Assembly (NCBI GenBank): GCA_951406725.2
Contig: OX597836.1
Coordinates: 4,836,001 to 4,900,000 of the forward strand
Reading direction: 5' to 3'
Source: Octopus vulgaris
Lineage: Eukaryota
DNA: 64,000 bases
Part shown: piece after piece, positions 1 to 12,874 of the stretch
Layout: every line of letters starts with the position of its first letter
Position numbering within the stretch: the first letter of the stretch is position 1
Made by a program: the position numbers and the translations under genes
The notes under the pieces: generated by a model
Seen by the model: the letters and a program-made list of their open reading frames with translations, nothing else
The model's database searches: none
Told to the model about the DNA's origin: nothing

Positions 1-273
1 TCAACACAGTGTTTACGTCACCCGCTATTACAAAATCAATTGTGAAAACAATATTATCGGTTTTTATTTCTTGAGGATAATTGTCTGGATTTGTGTTGTA
101 AAGCTGTAACATGCAAATATTCCGCAGAGTAAATAGCCACGTATAGACTTTGTGCTATCATTTTCTAAACCAAAAGACATTCGTTCAATAACACACTGCA
201 GGAAGGTATACACCAGGTCGATATTTAGTTGTTATTCGATATGATTTTGACTATTATTATTATTATTATTATT

Positions 274-621
274 CTATGTTTGACTTTTGCTTTATATTTG
301 TACAAGTTGGCTTCAAGTCTTACCCAGAGACCTCAAGAGACAACAGGTTGGAAGTTCTTGTTGTTGTTATACCTAGTGTGCCATATATTTGTTGTTTTTT
401 TTGGTGTTGTACTAGTGAATGTCTAAAAAAAAACATACGAAAATTATGTTTGTTTTAAAACTTGAGATTACATAGAAAGTATTTTGCGTAGGATATGAGC
501 AGTTCCCATGAGCACTATCTTTTGAATTTCTGACATTTTCTGGTATCTGAGTTAGGTAGCAATCAGCCCCTTTTGCTATCATTCCCAGGGCACCTATGAC
601 AACAGGTATTGTTTTAGTCTT
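274..621 (-). mobile_element. 5'-truncated RLE-type non-LTR retrotransposon (R4/Dong-like): ORF C-terminus plus 3' UTR, embedded in (TAA)n
   Basis: Minus strand reads KTKTIPVVIGALGMIAKGADCYLTQIP and, after a frameshift, IQKIVLMGTAHILRKILSM* (stop 468-470). PVVIGALG...LGTAHILRK is typical of R4/Dong RLE C-termini. (TAA)n lies on both sides. Confidence 0.75.
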
Positions 622-640
622 TTTATTATTATTATTATTA

Positions 641-698
<58 letters not shown>

Positions 699-708
699 CA
701 TCATTATT

Positions 709-778
<70 letters not shown>

Positions 779-787
779 CCATCATCA

Positions 788-849
<62 letters not shown>
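622..849. repeat. compound (TTA)n/(TCA)n microsatellite
   Basis: Directly visible; source of the poly-N/D/L/S ORFs. Confidence 0.98.
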
Positions 850-980
850 GAGTGAGAGAGTAGTACACGCCATCAAAGTGACACTGGGGTAAAATATACG
901 AAACCCAGTATACCCATCATGACTACCCGTCTGATAAGGGTACATTAGGCACATGCATCACAACTACGCGTGCGCATGAC
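850..980 (-). mobile_element. 3' tail fragment of an interspersed retroelement ending in (AAT)n
   Basis: Minus strand ...cagtgtcactttgatggcgtgtactactctctcactc runs into (AAT)n; recalled as a common repeat tail, with no second copy seen in the window. Confidence 0.4.
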
Positions 981-1134
981 CTTCAGCAACATTTCTTTCG
1001 ACTTAACTTACCATGTTCAAATTCCACCAACGTCGACTTTGCCTTATGTCCATTCACGTTGGATAAAATCAGTACCAGTCAGTAACTCGGGTCAATGTAA
1101 TCGACTTACCGATAAGCCTTGTAATAATTATATT

Positions 1135-1203
1135 GCTGTCTTTAGCCGAACTACTGATTTAAGGGAATGTAAACACACAAACACCGGTTTTGTAAGACAG
1201 ACA

Positions 1204-1246
<43 letters not shown>

Positions 1247-1404
1247 GATGGGCTTCTTTCAGTTTCCGCCTTCCAAATCCACTCTCATGGCCTTGGTCGA
1301 CCTTGGGCCAGAGTACATGAGACTTGTACAAGTTTCCATGCAGTGGGACTGAACCCGGAACCCTGTGGTGTCGGAAGGAAACTCTTTATCATACAGCCAC
1401 GCCT
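1135..1404 (-). mobile_element. SINE family B copy (internally deleted)
   Basis: Matches the full copy at 12465-12874 (gggttcagtcccactgc, ggatttgg..ggaaactgaaagaagccc) with internal (TA)n. Confidence 0.8.
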
Positions 1405-2134
1405 CTGAAAATACAATCTCTTTTCTTAAACTTTTTTTAAAAATTGCTTTAAAAGTAATATGATCGCAATTTAGCTGCTATTTCTAACTCCTCCAGCGTC
1501 CGTTTAAGGCCATTCACATTATCTCTCCGGTTCCTCGTTGGCTCATGCTTACATTTATATTTCTATAACGATTAATTACTTCAATGCAAAAACCCGGCGG
1601 CGGCAAGTATGACCGGTGGAGACCCTCATAGACCAAAGCAGTTGATTTATAAATCCCTCGTGGATTTCACGATACATGTAACATTTACTGGAGTCAGTTA
1701 TGGCCTCTCAAATAATCATCTCCTCCTAACATACAGCCTTTGGAATTGTGCCAACGTTACGCAGCATCGTTATTGCTATTAATAAATAAATGATTTGACT
1801 CTGATTTCCAAATTAGGTCTGCATCTTCGAATTTAGATTGAAATACATGAAAGAAAAACAAACAAACGATTCGATACTTAATCAATGCCTCACAGTGATT
1901 GTTGCTTTTATTATTGTAGTTGTTGTTGTTGTTGTTGTTGTTGTTCTTGTTGTTCATTACAGTTGTATTGTTGCAGTTCCTGTTGGCTTTCTTGATTACG
2001 TTGATGTTGTTATCGTCGTCGTTGTTGTTGTTATTGGTGGAGTTTGTTTTGTTGTTATTGTTGTCGGTGTTGGTAGTTGTTATTGGTGTTACTGTTGTTG
2101 TTGTTCTTGCTGTTATGTTCTAATTGATTTCACA

Positions 2135-2346
2135 TTTTGGCACAAAGCCAGCAATTTCGAAGAATGTGGGAGGAGGCCATGTTGATTACATCGACACGCA
2201 GTGTTCAACTGGTTTTATTTAATCGACCCCGAAAGGAGGAAAGGCGAAGTGGGTCCCGGCGGAATTTGAACTCAGAACGTGAAGACGGACGAAATGCCGC
2301 TAAGCATTTTGTCCGGCGTGCTAACGATTCTGCCAGCTCTCCAACT
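2135..2346 (-). mobile_element. SINE family A monomer (tRNA-derived)
   Basis: Reverse complement has A-box-like TGGCAGAATCGTTAG, B-box GAGTTCAAATTCC and the shared core cctttcggggtcgat. Confidence 0.85.
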
Positions 2347-2486
2347 TATTGATATGTTGCAATTGTTGATCCTATAGACCAGCCTGGAGTCCGCAGACCC
2401 TTGCTGGTCCGTGAACTAAATCTCATATAAAATATATACATATATAAAATATATACATATATAAAATATATACATACTTATATATA

Positions 2487-3333
2487 TTGGGTCAACCTAT
2501 AAATAATGCGGTTTTTCTATACATATTTTATGTTTCAAAGTTAAGATAAACAAAGCTCTTTTTTTCATCTAAAGTATACTCTCCTTCATTTTCCACAATG
2601 CTCTTCCATCTATCTGCTAGACTTGCAAGGCCCTTCTGCCAAAATTCACTCGTCCGTGACGAAAAACACTCCTCCGGTACTGTTCTGATTTCGTCAACAG
2701 AATTCATATTTTTTCCGTCCAAATGATTTTGAAGACTGCGGAATATATAATCAGGTGGATCAATGCCCCGCGAATATGGTGGGTGGGGAAACTTTGCCTA
2801 TCCAGCCTTTGGAATCTCATCCTCGCTGTATGTGGCCGAGCGTTATCCTAAAGGAAGAACGCCTTTCGTCTTGAAACCAAAGATGGTCGTTTTTCTTCTA
2901 GCACTGACTTGGAATGACTAGTTGAATGACCAGATCCAAGCTTCTCTGATAGTTCCTCCACAGTTACGATGGGATTTTGTTCCACCACGGTTTTCAAGAC
3001 GTCCTCGTTGAGATCTACAGAACTTCCAGGACGAGGCTCGTCTTCTAGACTGTAGTTTCCGGATCGTAATTTCTGGAACCACCACTGACACTGCCTTACG
3101 TTTATTGTCCAATCCCCGTATACTGTATTAATATTCCTCGCACTTTCCGTAGCGTTGTTGCTTTTATTAAACTAATAAAGCAAAATATGTTGAATATGCT
3201 CCTTTGTCATTTCCATTATAGCTTTGAAATATAACTTAAAATCGAATTGCACTCTTCAAAACTTGCACTAAGAATAAGTACGACTTTTAGTTCATGCAGT
3301 TGATAAAACCTCATTAATTATGAGATGACCCAA
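2487..3333 (-). mobile_element. internally deleted mariner transposon, transposase pseudogene
   Basis: Imperfect ~29-bp TIRs (TTGGGTCAACCTATAAATAATGCGGTTTT vs rc TTGGGTCATCTCATAATTAATGAGGTTTT) with TA on both sides. Minus strand gives MEMTKEHIQHILLY*FNKSNNATESARNINTVYG from 3216, a degenerate PPYS..PDY.FRSLQNHL motif and C-terminal EFWQKGLASLADRWKSIVENEGEY. Confidence 0.92.
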
Positions 3334-3339
3334 TATATA

Positions 3340-3548
3340 CAGAGTGACCGAAAAGTATATTTAATTATGCAACAATCTCTTTTGCATTCATATATTAACA
3401 GTTTAGATCTTAACGATAAAAATTTACGAAAGCATTATTCTTTGCTAATTTAGTTAATTGTAAGATAGAAATTTAAATGTAATAAAATGTTTTAAAAGAA
3501 TATCAAAGTGATTACGTGATAACTGTAAACCTATTTTTGGGCCATTCA
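3340..3548. mobile_element. Tc1/mariner-type MITE, uninterrupted copy
   Basis: Starts TA-CAGAGTGACCGAAAAGTA and ends AACTGTAAACCTATTTTTGGGCCA; the body aligns with 16471-17090. Confidence 0.75.
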
Positions 3549-3616
3549 TTTCAATAAAAGGGTTGGGAAACACTGCGATAGATGTTGATTAGTGTGAATA
3601 CCAAAGCAGTGAGAAA

Positions 3617-3815
3617 GGCGGCGAGAACTCCGGTCGAAATGTTTAACGATATTTCGTCTGTCTTTACGTTCTGAGTTCAAAATACGCAGAGGTCGACTTT
3701 GCCTTTTACCATTTCAGGGTCGATAAATTAAGTACCCATCGCGTACTGGGGTCGATGTGATCGACTGTCCCCCTCCCCAGAAAATCCAGGTATTGTGCCT
3801 ATATTAAAAAGGATT
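3617..3815 (+). mobile_element. SINE family A monomer
   Basis: ggcggcgag head, gagttcaaa B box, gtcgactttgcctt core, tail into (ATT)n. Confidence 0.85.
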
Positions 3816-4799
3816 ACTATAATTATTATTCTCCTCAATTTATTTGTGAAGCTGAACTGTATATGCAACTATTTATTTTCCCTGAGGAGCCCAAGTGGAG
3901 GGTAAAGTTGGATAGAAGAACCCAATTCAGACAGGGTTAAAATAAAGTAATGTACTTAAAATATAAAATCTCTCATTTACCGCTCCAATGACAGAAATTA
4001 TACAAGGTCGCTTAGCATGCTAGAAAAAAGCAGTCAAATAACCTTGAAATTATAAACTAATTTTTATTTTTAAATAAGGGCACTTCAATTATACAACATA
4101 GATGTGCTCGACTAAGAACAATCTTGTGTTAAACAATGTTAACAACAATGCGAGCCAATAACGAAGTTTCTACGTGGTAGAATCAGCCCGAAATTTGCAC
4201 TCAAATTCAGCCGTTTGGAAACAAAAGAAGGAGAAATAAACAATAATATGGTTTTAGGTACATTGTGTTTGGAAGAAAGGCAAGATGTACACAGCTGGAA
4301 CATGCTTGACTACTGGTCTACTCCATTAGAGCTGACCTGACCGTTAAGTAACAGAAAAAAAACTAAACGGTAACATCATCGGCATCACCAGGAGAACCGA
4401 GTAACAGGAAATGCAGCAATGGGAGGGAAAAATTAAAACAAAAGAGAAAAACTAAAACGAAACAACAGGAAATGCAGCAATAACAGAAATAACAATGGAA
4501 CCATCCCGGCAGCCACCAACACCAAAACCGACATTATCATCGCCATTGCCGTAACCGCCATTACCTTAAAAAAAAAATCGACGAAAATAACAGTAACAAC
4601 AACAACAACAACGTGTCGATGTAATCAAGTGTTCTCTTGAAGCATGAATTTGTTGGTCTGGTGCCAATGTTAGCAAATGAATATCGTGTAACAACATGTA
4701 TGGAATACAATTTAATATCAATTTAACATATACCTCATTATATGAGGGTTTCGTTTTTGCTTTCTTTTGTATTTTTTGTATTTTTTTTCTCTTTTGAAA

Positions 4800-5117
4800 A
4801 CACAACATAGCATAACAGCAACAACAACAACAACAATAGCAGCGATAGCAACAACAAGAACAGCAACAATAATGAGGAGGAGGATGAGGAGGAGAATGAT
4901 AATGATGATAATAAAGACGACGGCGAGACGAGACGATGATGACGGCGATGTTGATGGTGATGATGATGATGGTGATAATTAGTTATATTAGCCACAAGAG
5001 TGGTAGCGGTGGTGGTGGTGGTAGTGGTAGTGATAGTAGTAGTTGTAGTAATAGTAGTATTAGTAGCAGCAGCAGCAGCAACAACGACGATGACGACGAC
5101 ATCAATGATGATGATGG

Positions 5118-5148
<31 letters not shown>

Positions 5149-5183
5149 GTTGATGTTGTTGTTGGTGATGGTGGTGGTGGTGG

Positions 5184-5217
<34 letters not shown>

Positions 5218-5250
5218 AACGGCGGCGGTGGCGACGACGACGATGATGAT
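4800..5250. repeat. compound trinucleotide low-complexity tract (CAA/GAT/GGT/AGT/GAC)
   Basis: Directly visible. Confidence 0.95.
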
Positions 5251-5479
5251 TCATTTTAGTACAGGTTTGAAGGTTGAGAGTACATTACAAGTACACAATG
5301 CGAAAAATATTAATAAAGAAACAATTTTAAAAATGTGAAATTTTACAGAGAATCGGTTTACAAAAATAACAACAGAAAGGTTTCAAGTTCGAAAGGAAAC
5401 TTTCTAAATTAAGGATAATTTATTTAAGTTCCATCAAAGAATGCCATACATCCAATATTTCCGTGAGTTCCCTCTCCCA

Positions 5480-6060
5480 GCATTGTTCATTGGCCATGGG
5501 AGGATGTTGAGTAGAAGTCCTCGTATATTGGAGCTGTTATTGCCCCTCACATCTGCTTTCATGGCAATTCGTTAGAAAGCAGTGCCTTCGTGTCCACTAC
5601 CATCTTTTATTCCAAGTAGAACTCGAAGTAACTGATGATCTCCTGGATGAAGTGTTTTATCAATAATAGAATCATAATACGTCCTTAAAAGCAGGTACAG
5701 ATAAATTGTTTGTCCTTTGCGGCTAAAGCGGCGGGGAAACCATCAAAAATATTTTCGACCCAAAGCGAGATCTTTTCTATATGCTGCGCAGCAGTTCAAA
5801 ATATCTCTACAAAACAGTCCTTGCAAAATGGTTCAAGCGATCTCCACGCATCTTCGACTGACATCTCTTCTCTGTTTGTAGGGTTTATCTTGTATTGGCT
5901 AAAGCTCTCCAGCTGCAAAACCCAGGCCGTGCTTACAGAAAATTTGTAAAGCTACCGAGATGGAACTGTTTCGATAGAAAATGTTCTGATATTCTACATC
6001 GAACACGTAATCGCGTTTGCCCTACGTTTGTCATTAACAAAATCACCAAGCTGGGTACCA
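5480..6060 (-). pseudogene. degenerate L1/Tx1-like LINE ORF2 C-terminal remnant
   Basis: Minus-strand fragments WRAL..IQDKPYK, SRRCVEIA*TILQGLFC (decayed CxxC..ET..H...C knuckle) and IISYFEFYLE*KMVVD resemble the zf-RVT and C-terminal region of L1/Tx1 ORF2; many stops and frameshifts. Confidence 0.45.
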
Positions 6061-6536
6061 GAACTGCCAAATTATGTTGGCAAACAATCTTTACTATATA
6101 TTGGTATTGTTCTATAAAATCTAGAAAAAAAAATCAACCTGAATGTCAATTTGAATTTGTTTCCCTTCTGTCTGATCAAAAAATAAATTATGAAACCATA
6201 TTAATTTTTATCAAATATTTCCACCAAATATATTTACCTATCTCCATCAATATTTTTATTCCTTTTTCAAAATTAAATAAATGTAATGAAATTAATGTAC
6301 CCGTAATTAGTTAATTTGTTCGTGACTAAGAGATGTAACCATTTTGCAATTGTGTGGCTACAAACAGTAATGGAAATATAATAATATTAAATGAAATGTA
6401 ATTGAATTTAATAAATGTTAAGAGAAAATAATAATACGGTTTATTTTATTAAATTAGCAGGAGAAATTTCCATCAAGACATTTTTCCATTGTCAAAAAAA
6501 GTGAACAATCTATAAGAGACATGCTTAAAACAATTC

Positions 6537-7260
6537 TTTGGGATACCGGTACAAGGCCTGCAATTTCGATGAAAGGGGTAAGTCGATTACATCGACCCTG
6601 TGCACAGCTGCTATTTATTTTATTGACCTCGGGTTTTGCCCGGCACGCGAACAATTGTGCCAGCTCGTTGCTTTAGACATGCTTATAATAATGATTTCAA
6701 ATTTTGGCACGAGGTTAGCAATTTCAGGGTGGGGATACGGCGATTACATTGACGCCAATGCTCAACTAATGCTTATTTTATTGACCTCGGAATAGTAAGA
6801 GGTAAAGTCAACCTCGCTGGAATTCGAACTGAGAAGGCAAAAACGGATGAAATACCTATTTCTTTACTACCCACAAGGGGCTAAACACAGGGGAGACAAA
6901 CAAGGACAGAAAAACGGATTAAGTCGATTATATCGACCCCAGTTCATAACTGGTACTTATTTAATCGACCCCCAAAAGGATGAAAGGCAAAGTCGACCTC
7001 GGCGGAATTTGAACTCAGAACGTAGCGACAGACGAAATACCGCAAAGCAACTCGGCGTGCTAACGATACTGCCAGCTCACCGCCTTCAGCCGTGCTTATA
7101 ATAACGATTTCAGATCTTGGCACAGTCGTCAACTGCTACCTAATTTATCGACCCCGAACGGAGGAAAAGCATAATCGACCGCGGCATAATTTGAATCTCA
7201 ACGTAAAGTCCAACAAAATGCCAGAAACATTTTGCCAACTATTCTGACAGATCGCTGTCT
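6537..7260 (-). mobile_element. cluster of about four SINE family A copies in the same orientation
   Basis: Repeated gtcgattacatcgaccc / atcgaccccgaaaggatgaaaggcaaagtcgacctcggcggaatttgaactcag blocks; best copy 6847-7085. Confidence 0.85.
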
Positions 7261-8294
7261 TAGACATACTTTCTATGTATAAGGCCTGTCAGTCTGCTTC
7301 TCTCGGATATAAGGGGCTGAAATCACAATATTCTCCTGAACGGGCCACTGAGGAGAGGAAAAGTCGCTTACATGGACCTCAGTACGTGATTGGTTCAGGA
7401 AATACGTACTGAATAATATAGAAACTGATATACAATGAATGGGATGGTCGCATTTGGCATGCATCTGTTTGTAGCAGGGGCGTAAATAGAATGTGTGTCG
7501 TTTGGGTAGTCCTTGATTTGGCGGCTCCCATTCCCTGGCTTATACAAACATAAAAAGCCGACCCCGAAATAGTAGTCTAGGGCTGCCCGTCTAATGGAAA
7601 CCTCCACGAGTCTCTTTTATTGGAAAACAGATTTGCTGAATCAAACGTAGTTGAGATATGACTAAACTGGAACAGCAACACCGAGGACAATGGAAACAAC
7701 CACAGCAGCAGCAGCAGCAGCAGCAGCAGCAAAAACAAGAACAACATCTATATTAACAATCCCGCTTCTCTGATTTGTATTAAACTATATATTTATGTAA
7801 CGTATGCTCTGGTGCTCGAATCGGATATATCGATTAGAGAGAATCGTTATCGAAGATGGAAGATATGAACTGGGACACGAGTAGTTTGTTGAATATTAAA
7901 TGGATTGTGTTACACAGCGGAACGTTTCCATGCTGTTACGAAATCGGAAGATAAAGATTAGATCCAAATATAATGGTTCGCAGTGAGATAATCGATGAGT
8001 GTTAGTGCTGATCGAACCGATACACTTGCCGTCATATGTATTTTGTTCACCCCCATCTATGCTAGACCGCAACAAACGCACGCCATGACTAACTTTGTTT
8101 GCACAGCATGTCTGGTCCCTGGAATACCAATATTGACGTTGATTTAGAAATGTTTATCAAAACCATCCTCTATAGCAGAAATGTTAGCAATATTTAAGGA
8201 ACTTCGAAGGCGATAAATGCGTGCGTTTTTTTTAATATTCTTTTCTTACTCGGTACAACGTCAATATATACTGAAAAAAAGAAAAAAAAAAACA

Positions 8295-8496
8295 GGGTGA
8301 CGAGCTGGTAGAATCGTTAGCAGTATGCTTAATGGCATTTCGTCTTTTCTTTACGTTCAAATTCGGCTGAGTCTAATTTGCCTTTTATCCTTTCGAGGTC
8401 GATAAATTAAGTACCAGTGAATTACTGGAGTCGATGTAATCGACTGGCCCGCTCACCACAGAAATGTCAGGCCCTGTGCCTCTAGTAGAAAGGATT
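8295..8496 (+). mobile_element. SINE family A monomer
   Basis: gagctggtagaatcgttagc head; tcctttcgaggtcgataaattaagtaccag core; tgtgcctctagtagaaaggatt tail. Confidence 0.85.
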
Positions 8497-8574
8497 ATAT
8501 ATTTTAAAAGAATTAAAAAAATAAGAAGGTAAAATGTATTGAAATTTGGAAACGAAGTTATAGACAAAGAACAA

Positions 8575-9062
<488 letters not shown>

Positions 9063-9842
9063 AACAACAAATTATAAACAGAGTAAAACTAAAAGCTATA
9101 ACAACTTTTCTATCCTTCATTCGTTTCCTGTTTTCTTTTTCTTTCGTTCGTTTCAATCTATTCCTGATCGTTTTCCAATGAATTATTAAACTTAAACGTA
9201 GGTCATTCTAGGTTATCATGTTTCAGTTAATTCCAGTTGCAAAAAAAAAGTGAAAATAAAATCATGGTTTTTAAAAAAAAATTATAAAAGAACGGGTGCA
9301 ATGTAAAATAATGGAGAGTATTTTCTGCTTGGTGCATTGTTCAAGTGCCACATTTTAAACGGATTTTACTATTGAAAATATTCGGAGATAAAACTGAAAT
9401 CTTTACCACAATGAAGCAAGCTAGAGTGTTACTATTTATGCAGCTTTTAAATATTGAAGGAAATGAATGCTATAATGACGATCATTACTATAATGAACCA
9501 AGTTTGAGGGTCACAAACTGAGCAATTATAGCAATGGGTGAAAATCGAAGATATAACCGACATCTTTTCTACAGTATGATTATTATTATTATTATCAGAA
9601 TAGTATTAAACATGGAAGGGAAGTATGATGCAGCCAAAATCTTTGCTACAATGAAACAAGTTTCAGTATTACTCTACTCAAATATCAAAACAAATCAAAG
9701 ATATAACGATATCACTGAAATATTTTGTATATAAACAGAATATTGCGGACGGTCTACAAAACAGACGATCTAAAAGAACCAAGAACGTTCATTTAACGCG
9801 TAATTTCTACAGATCCCACAAGTTACAAAGAAATAGTTTTCT

Positions 9843-10627
9843 TATTTCTTTATTGCCCACATGGGGTTAAATATAGAGGGGCAAACAAGGACAGACAAAG
9901 GGAGTAAATCGATTACATCGACCCCCAGTGCGTTACTAGTATTTAATTTATCGACCCCGAAAGGATGAACGGTAAAGTCGACCTCGGTAGAATTTGAACT
10001 CAGAACGTAACAGCAGAAGAAATACCTATTTCTTTACTACCCAGAAGGGAGTAAACACAGAGAGGACAAACAAGGACAGACAAACGCATTAAGTCGATTA
10101 TATCGACCCCAGTGCGTAACTGGTACATATTTAATCGACCTCGAATGGATGAAAGGCAAAGTCGACCTCGGTGGAATTTGAAACCCAGAGCGAAACGACA
10201 GACGAAATACCTATATCTTTACTACCCACAAGGGGCTAAACACAGAGAGGACAAACAAGGACAGTCAAACGGATTAAGTTGATTATATCAACTCCAGTGC
10301 GAAAGTGGTACTTATTTAATCGACCCCGAAAGGATGAAAGGCAAAGTCGACCTCGGTGGAATTTGAAACCCAGAGCGAAACGACATACAAAATACCTATA
10401 TCATTACTACCACAATGGGGCTAAACACAGAGAGGACAAACAAGGACAGTCAAACAGATTAAGTTGATTATATCAACTCCAGTGCGAAACTGGTACTTAT
10501 TTAGTCGACCCCGAAAGGATGAAAGGCAAAGTCGACCTCGGCGGAATTTGAATTCAGAACGTAGCAGCAGACGAAATGCTAATAAGCATTTCGCCCGGCG
10601 CGCTAACGTTTCTGCCAGCTCGCCGCT
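9843..10627 (-). mobile_element. head-to-tail tetramer of SINE family A (~183-bp units, one head)
   Basis: Four consecutive units, each with acaaacaaggacag...atcgacc..gaa.ggatgaa.gg.aaagtcgacctcgg; the A-box head (ctgccagctcgccgc) is present only at 10578-10627. Confidence 0.92.
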
Positions 10628-11749
10628 TTACAAGTAAATTTTTTCTGGTAAAATATTCAACCTAATTTAACGTTGAAAACTCTAAACGTGGCTTTGAAAC
10701 AATAAACAGAATGAGAGCCACCGATTCCTAAGGCTATCGTTCGAAATGGCAGCATATCATGTTAGAAGAATTAGTTCTGCTGACATGAAGACATACAATC
10801 GAATGCTTGTTATGGATTTGACTTTTCCATCTATAAACAAATAATTGAGTGCGTTATCCACTCGGCCATCTCACCTCTATTATATTATTCCGATATGCAT
10901 TATTGATTATTCCCATAACATGTCATATCGCACTGTGTGATACGGTGCATTGTTATTCAATATGACTTTATAGTTGCTAAAAGCCAAAAAGCCAGAAAAG
11001 GGGAAATGCGGTCGTTCGACCAGTTAGAAATAGCAGACAAATCTCAACCAATCAGATTTGACAGTTTCTATATAAATACATAAATGATTGAAAGAATATC
11101 TTTGTGTTCCAATATTCGAAATAATGTGCTTCTGGGTAGATTGAGCTTTAAAAATGGAACCCTTACCATCACCAACACCCCCCAAAGAATAAACAAGCTA
11201 AGAGGAGAGGAAATTCTTTGATCATCGCTTAAACAATTGGATCAAAGATAGGTTCATTCAGACTCGGTATGAATAAGCTTAACTTTGATCTCCTAAGAAC
11301 AGCAGCAACAATAATGAGAACAACAATAGTATTTGAAGATACAGCAACAGTAACAAAACGTTTAATCATGTTATAGTGTGCTGATTATTTATTAGAGGAG
11401 GATGCTGATGAGAACTGTAGTAACAATTTTGTGTTATAACCAGAGACCATAAAATATTATATACATCGAAACAAACACTTATGAATGAGGCAGATTGAGG
11501 ACAATTTTTATTAGGATGGAACTGGGAAGTCCAGTGTTCTAGCTTTGCTTCGGTCATGGGGCAGTTATCTACCCTGATAGCATATATAAATCAGCTTTTA
11601 ACTAGCTATAAGTGGTCCAAATATTACTCCTAGCAATATATGTGCTTGTAGCATATAAAGTCACAATAAGTTACGAATAAAATTTTGCTCATACAGTTTA
11701 TATCGCACCCAGCTGCCCACATTAATTATATATATACATGCATACATTC

Positions 11750-11902
11750 ATTCTCTCTCAGTTTATTTCCCCGTGTTCCTTTCTGTTGAAGACGTAGGCT
11801 CGAAACATAAACGACTTTCTCACCTTCCCGAGCGTGAAACCAGTACACCTGCTTCTTGTTTATACACCTGTCTTGGGTTTTGTATTTCTGTAAATTTTAA
11901 CT
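11750..11902 (+). mobile_element. Penelope-like terminal fragment with degenerate hammerhead motif
   Basis: ctttCTGTTGAaga.cgtaggctcGAAAcataaa; aligns with the minus-strand copy at 34966-35156; ends in a microsatellite. Confidence 0.55.
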
Positions 11903-12062
11903 ACACACACACATATATATATATATATAGATAGATAGATAGATAGATAGATAGATGGATAGATAGATAGATAGATAGACAGCTAGAGATGTAGATATAG
12001 ATAGAGAGATAGCTAGATAGAGACATAGATACATGCATACATACATATATATACACACACAC

Positions 12063-12103
<41 letters not shown>

Positions 12104-12149
12104 CATATACATGTTTATGTATATATGTGTGTTTATGTATATTTATGTC

Positions 12150-12366
12150 TGTGTGTGTGTGTTTGTATCCGCGTTTCTCCGCGCCACTGATTGACAACCT
12201 CTGTTGGTTTGTTTACCTTCACACCAAGTGTGTCATCAAAAGAAAATGATTGAATAAGTACCAAGATTTAACACCAAAAGTACTGGAGTCAATTCCTTCG
12301 ACTAGAAATTCATCGAAGCTATGCCCCAGCATGACCGCATTCTAACGACTGAAGCAAGTAAAAGAT
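12150..12366 (+). mobile_element. SINE family B 3' half
   Basis: ttgacaacc..gaataagtac..ccagcatgaccgca..gactgaagcaagtaaaaga. Confidence 0.7.
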
Positions 12367-12464
12367 AACAGACAATGGATGATAAGTACATACATATATA
12401 GAATAAATTAGACAAAAAAATAAACAATTGTATAAACCCGGCCAGACTATTAAACTTTTACATT

Positions 12465-12874
12465 CAGGAGTGGGTGTGTGGTAAGTAGCTTGTTAACCAA
12501 CCACATGGTTCCGGGTTCAGTCCTACTGCGTGGCATCTTGGGCAAGTGTCTTCTGCCATAGCCCTGGGCCGACCAATGCCTTGTGAGTGGATTTGGTAGT
12601 CGGAAATTGAAAGAAGCCTGTCGTATATATGTATATATATATAAGTGTGTGTGTATGTGTTTGTGTGTCTGTGTTTGTCCCCCTAGCATTGCTTGACAAC
12701 CGATGCTGGTGTGTTTACGTCCCCGTCACTTAGCGGTTCGGGAAAAGAGACCGATAGAATAAGTACTGGGCTTACAAAGAATATGTCCCGGGGTCGATTT
12801 GCTCGACTAAAGGCGGTGCTCCAGCATGGGCGCAGTCAAATGACTGAAACAAGTAAAAGAGTAAAAGAGTAAAG
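12465..12874 (+). mobile_element. full-length SINE family B (tRNA head, CORE-like block, internal microsatellite, (GTAAAAGA)n tail)
   Basis: A-box-like GTGTGTGGTAAG, B-box GGTTCAGTCC, CORE-like TCTTGGGCAAGTGTCTT, internal (TA)/(TG), 3' aagtaaaagagtaaaagagtaaag; more than 10 partial copies in the window. Confidence 0.9.

Noticed and set aside
412-954. 180-aa poly-N/D ORF
   Set aside because: Chimera of two retroelement fragments bridged by a trinucleotide repeat.
9843-10627. CRISPR-like regular repeats
   Set aside because: Whole ~183-bp units repeat with no unique spacers, no cas genes, eukaryotic context.
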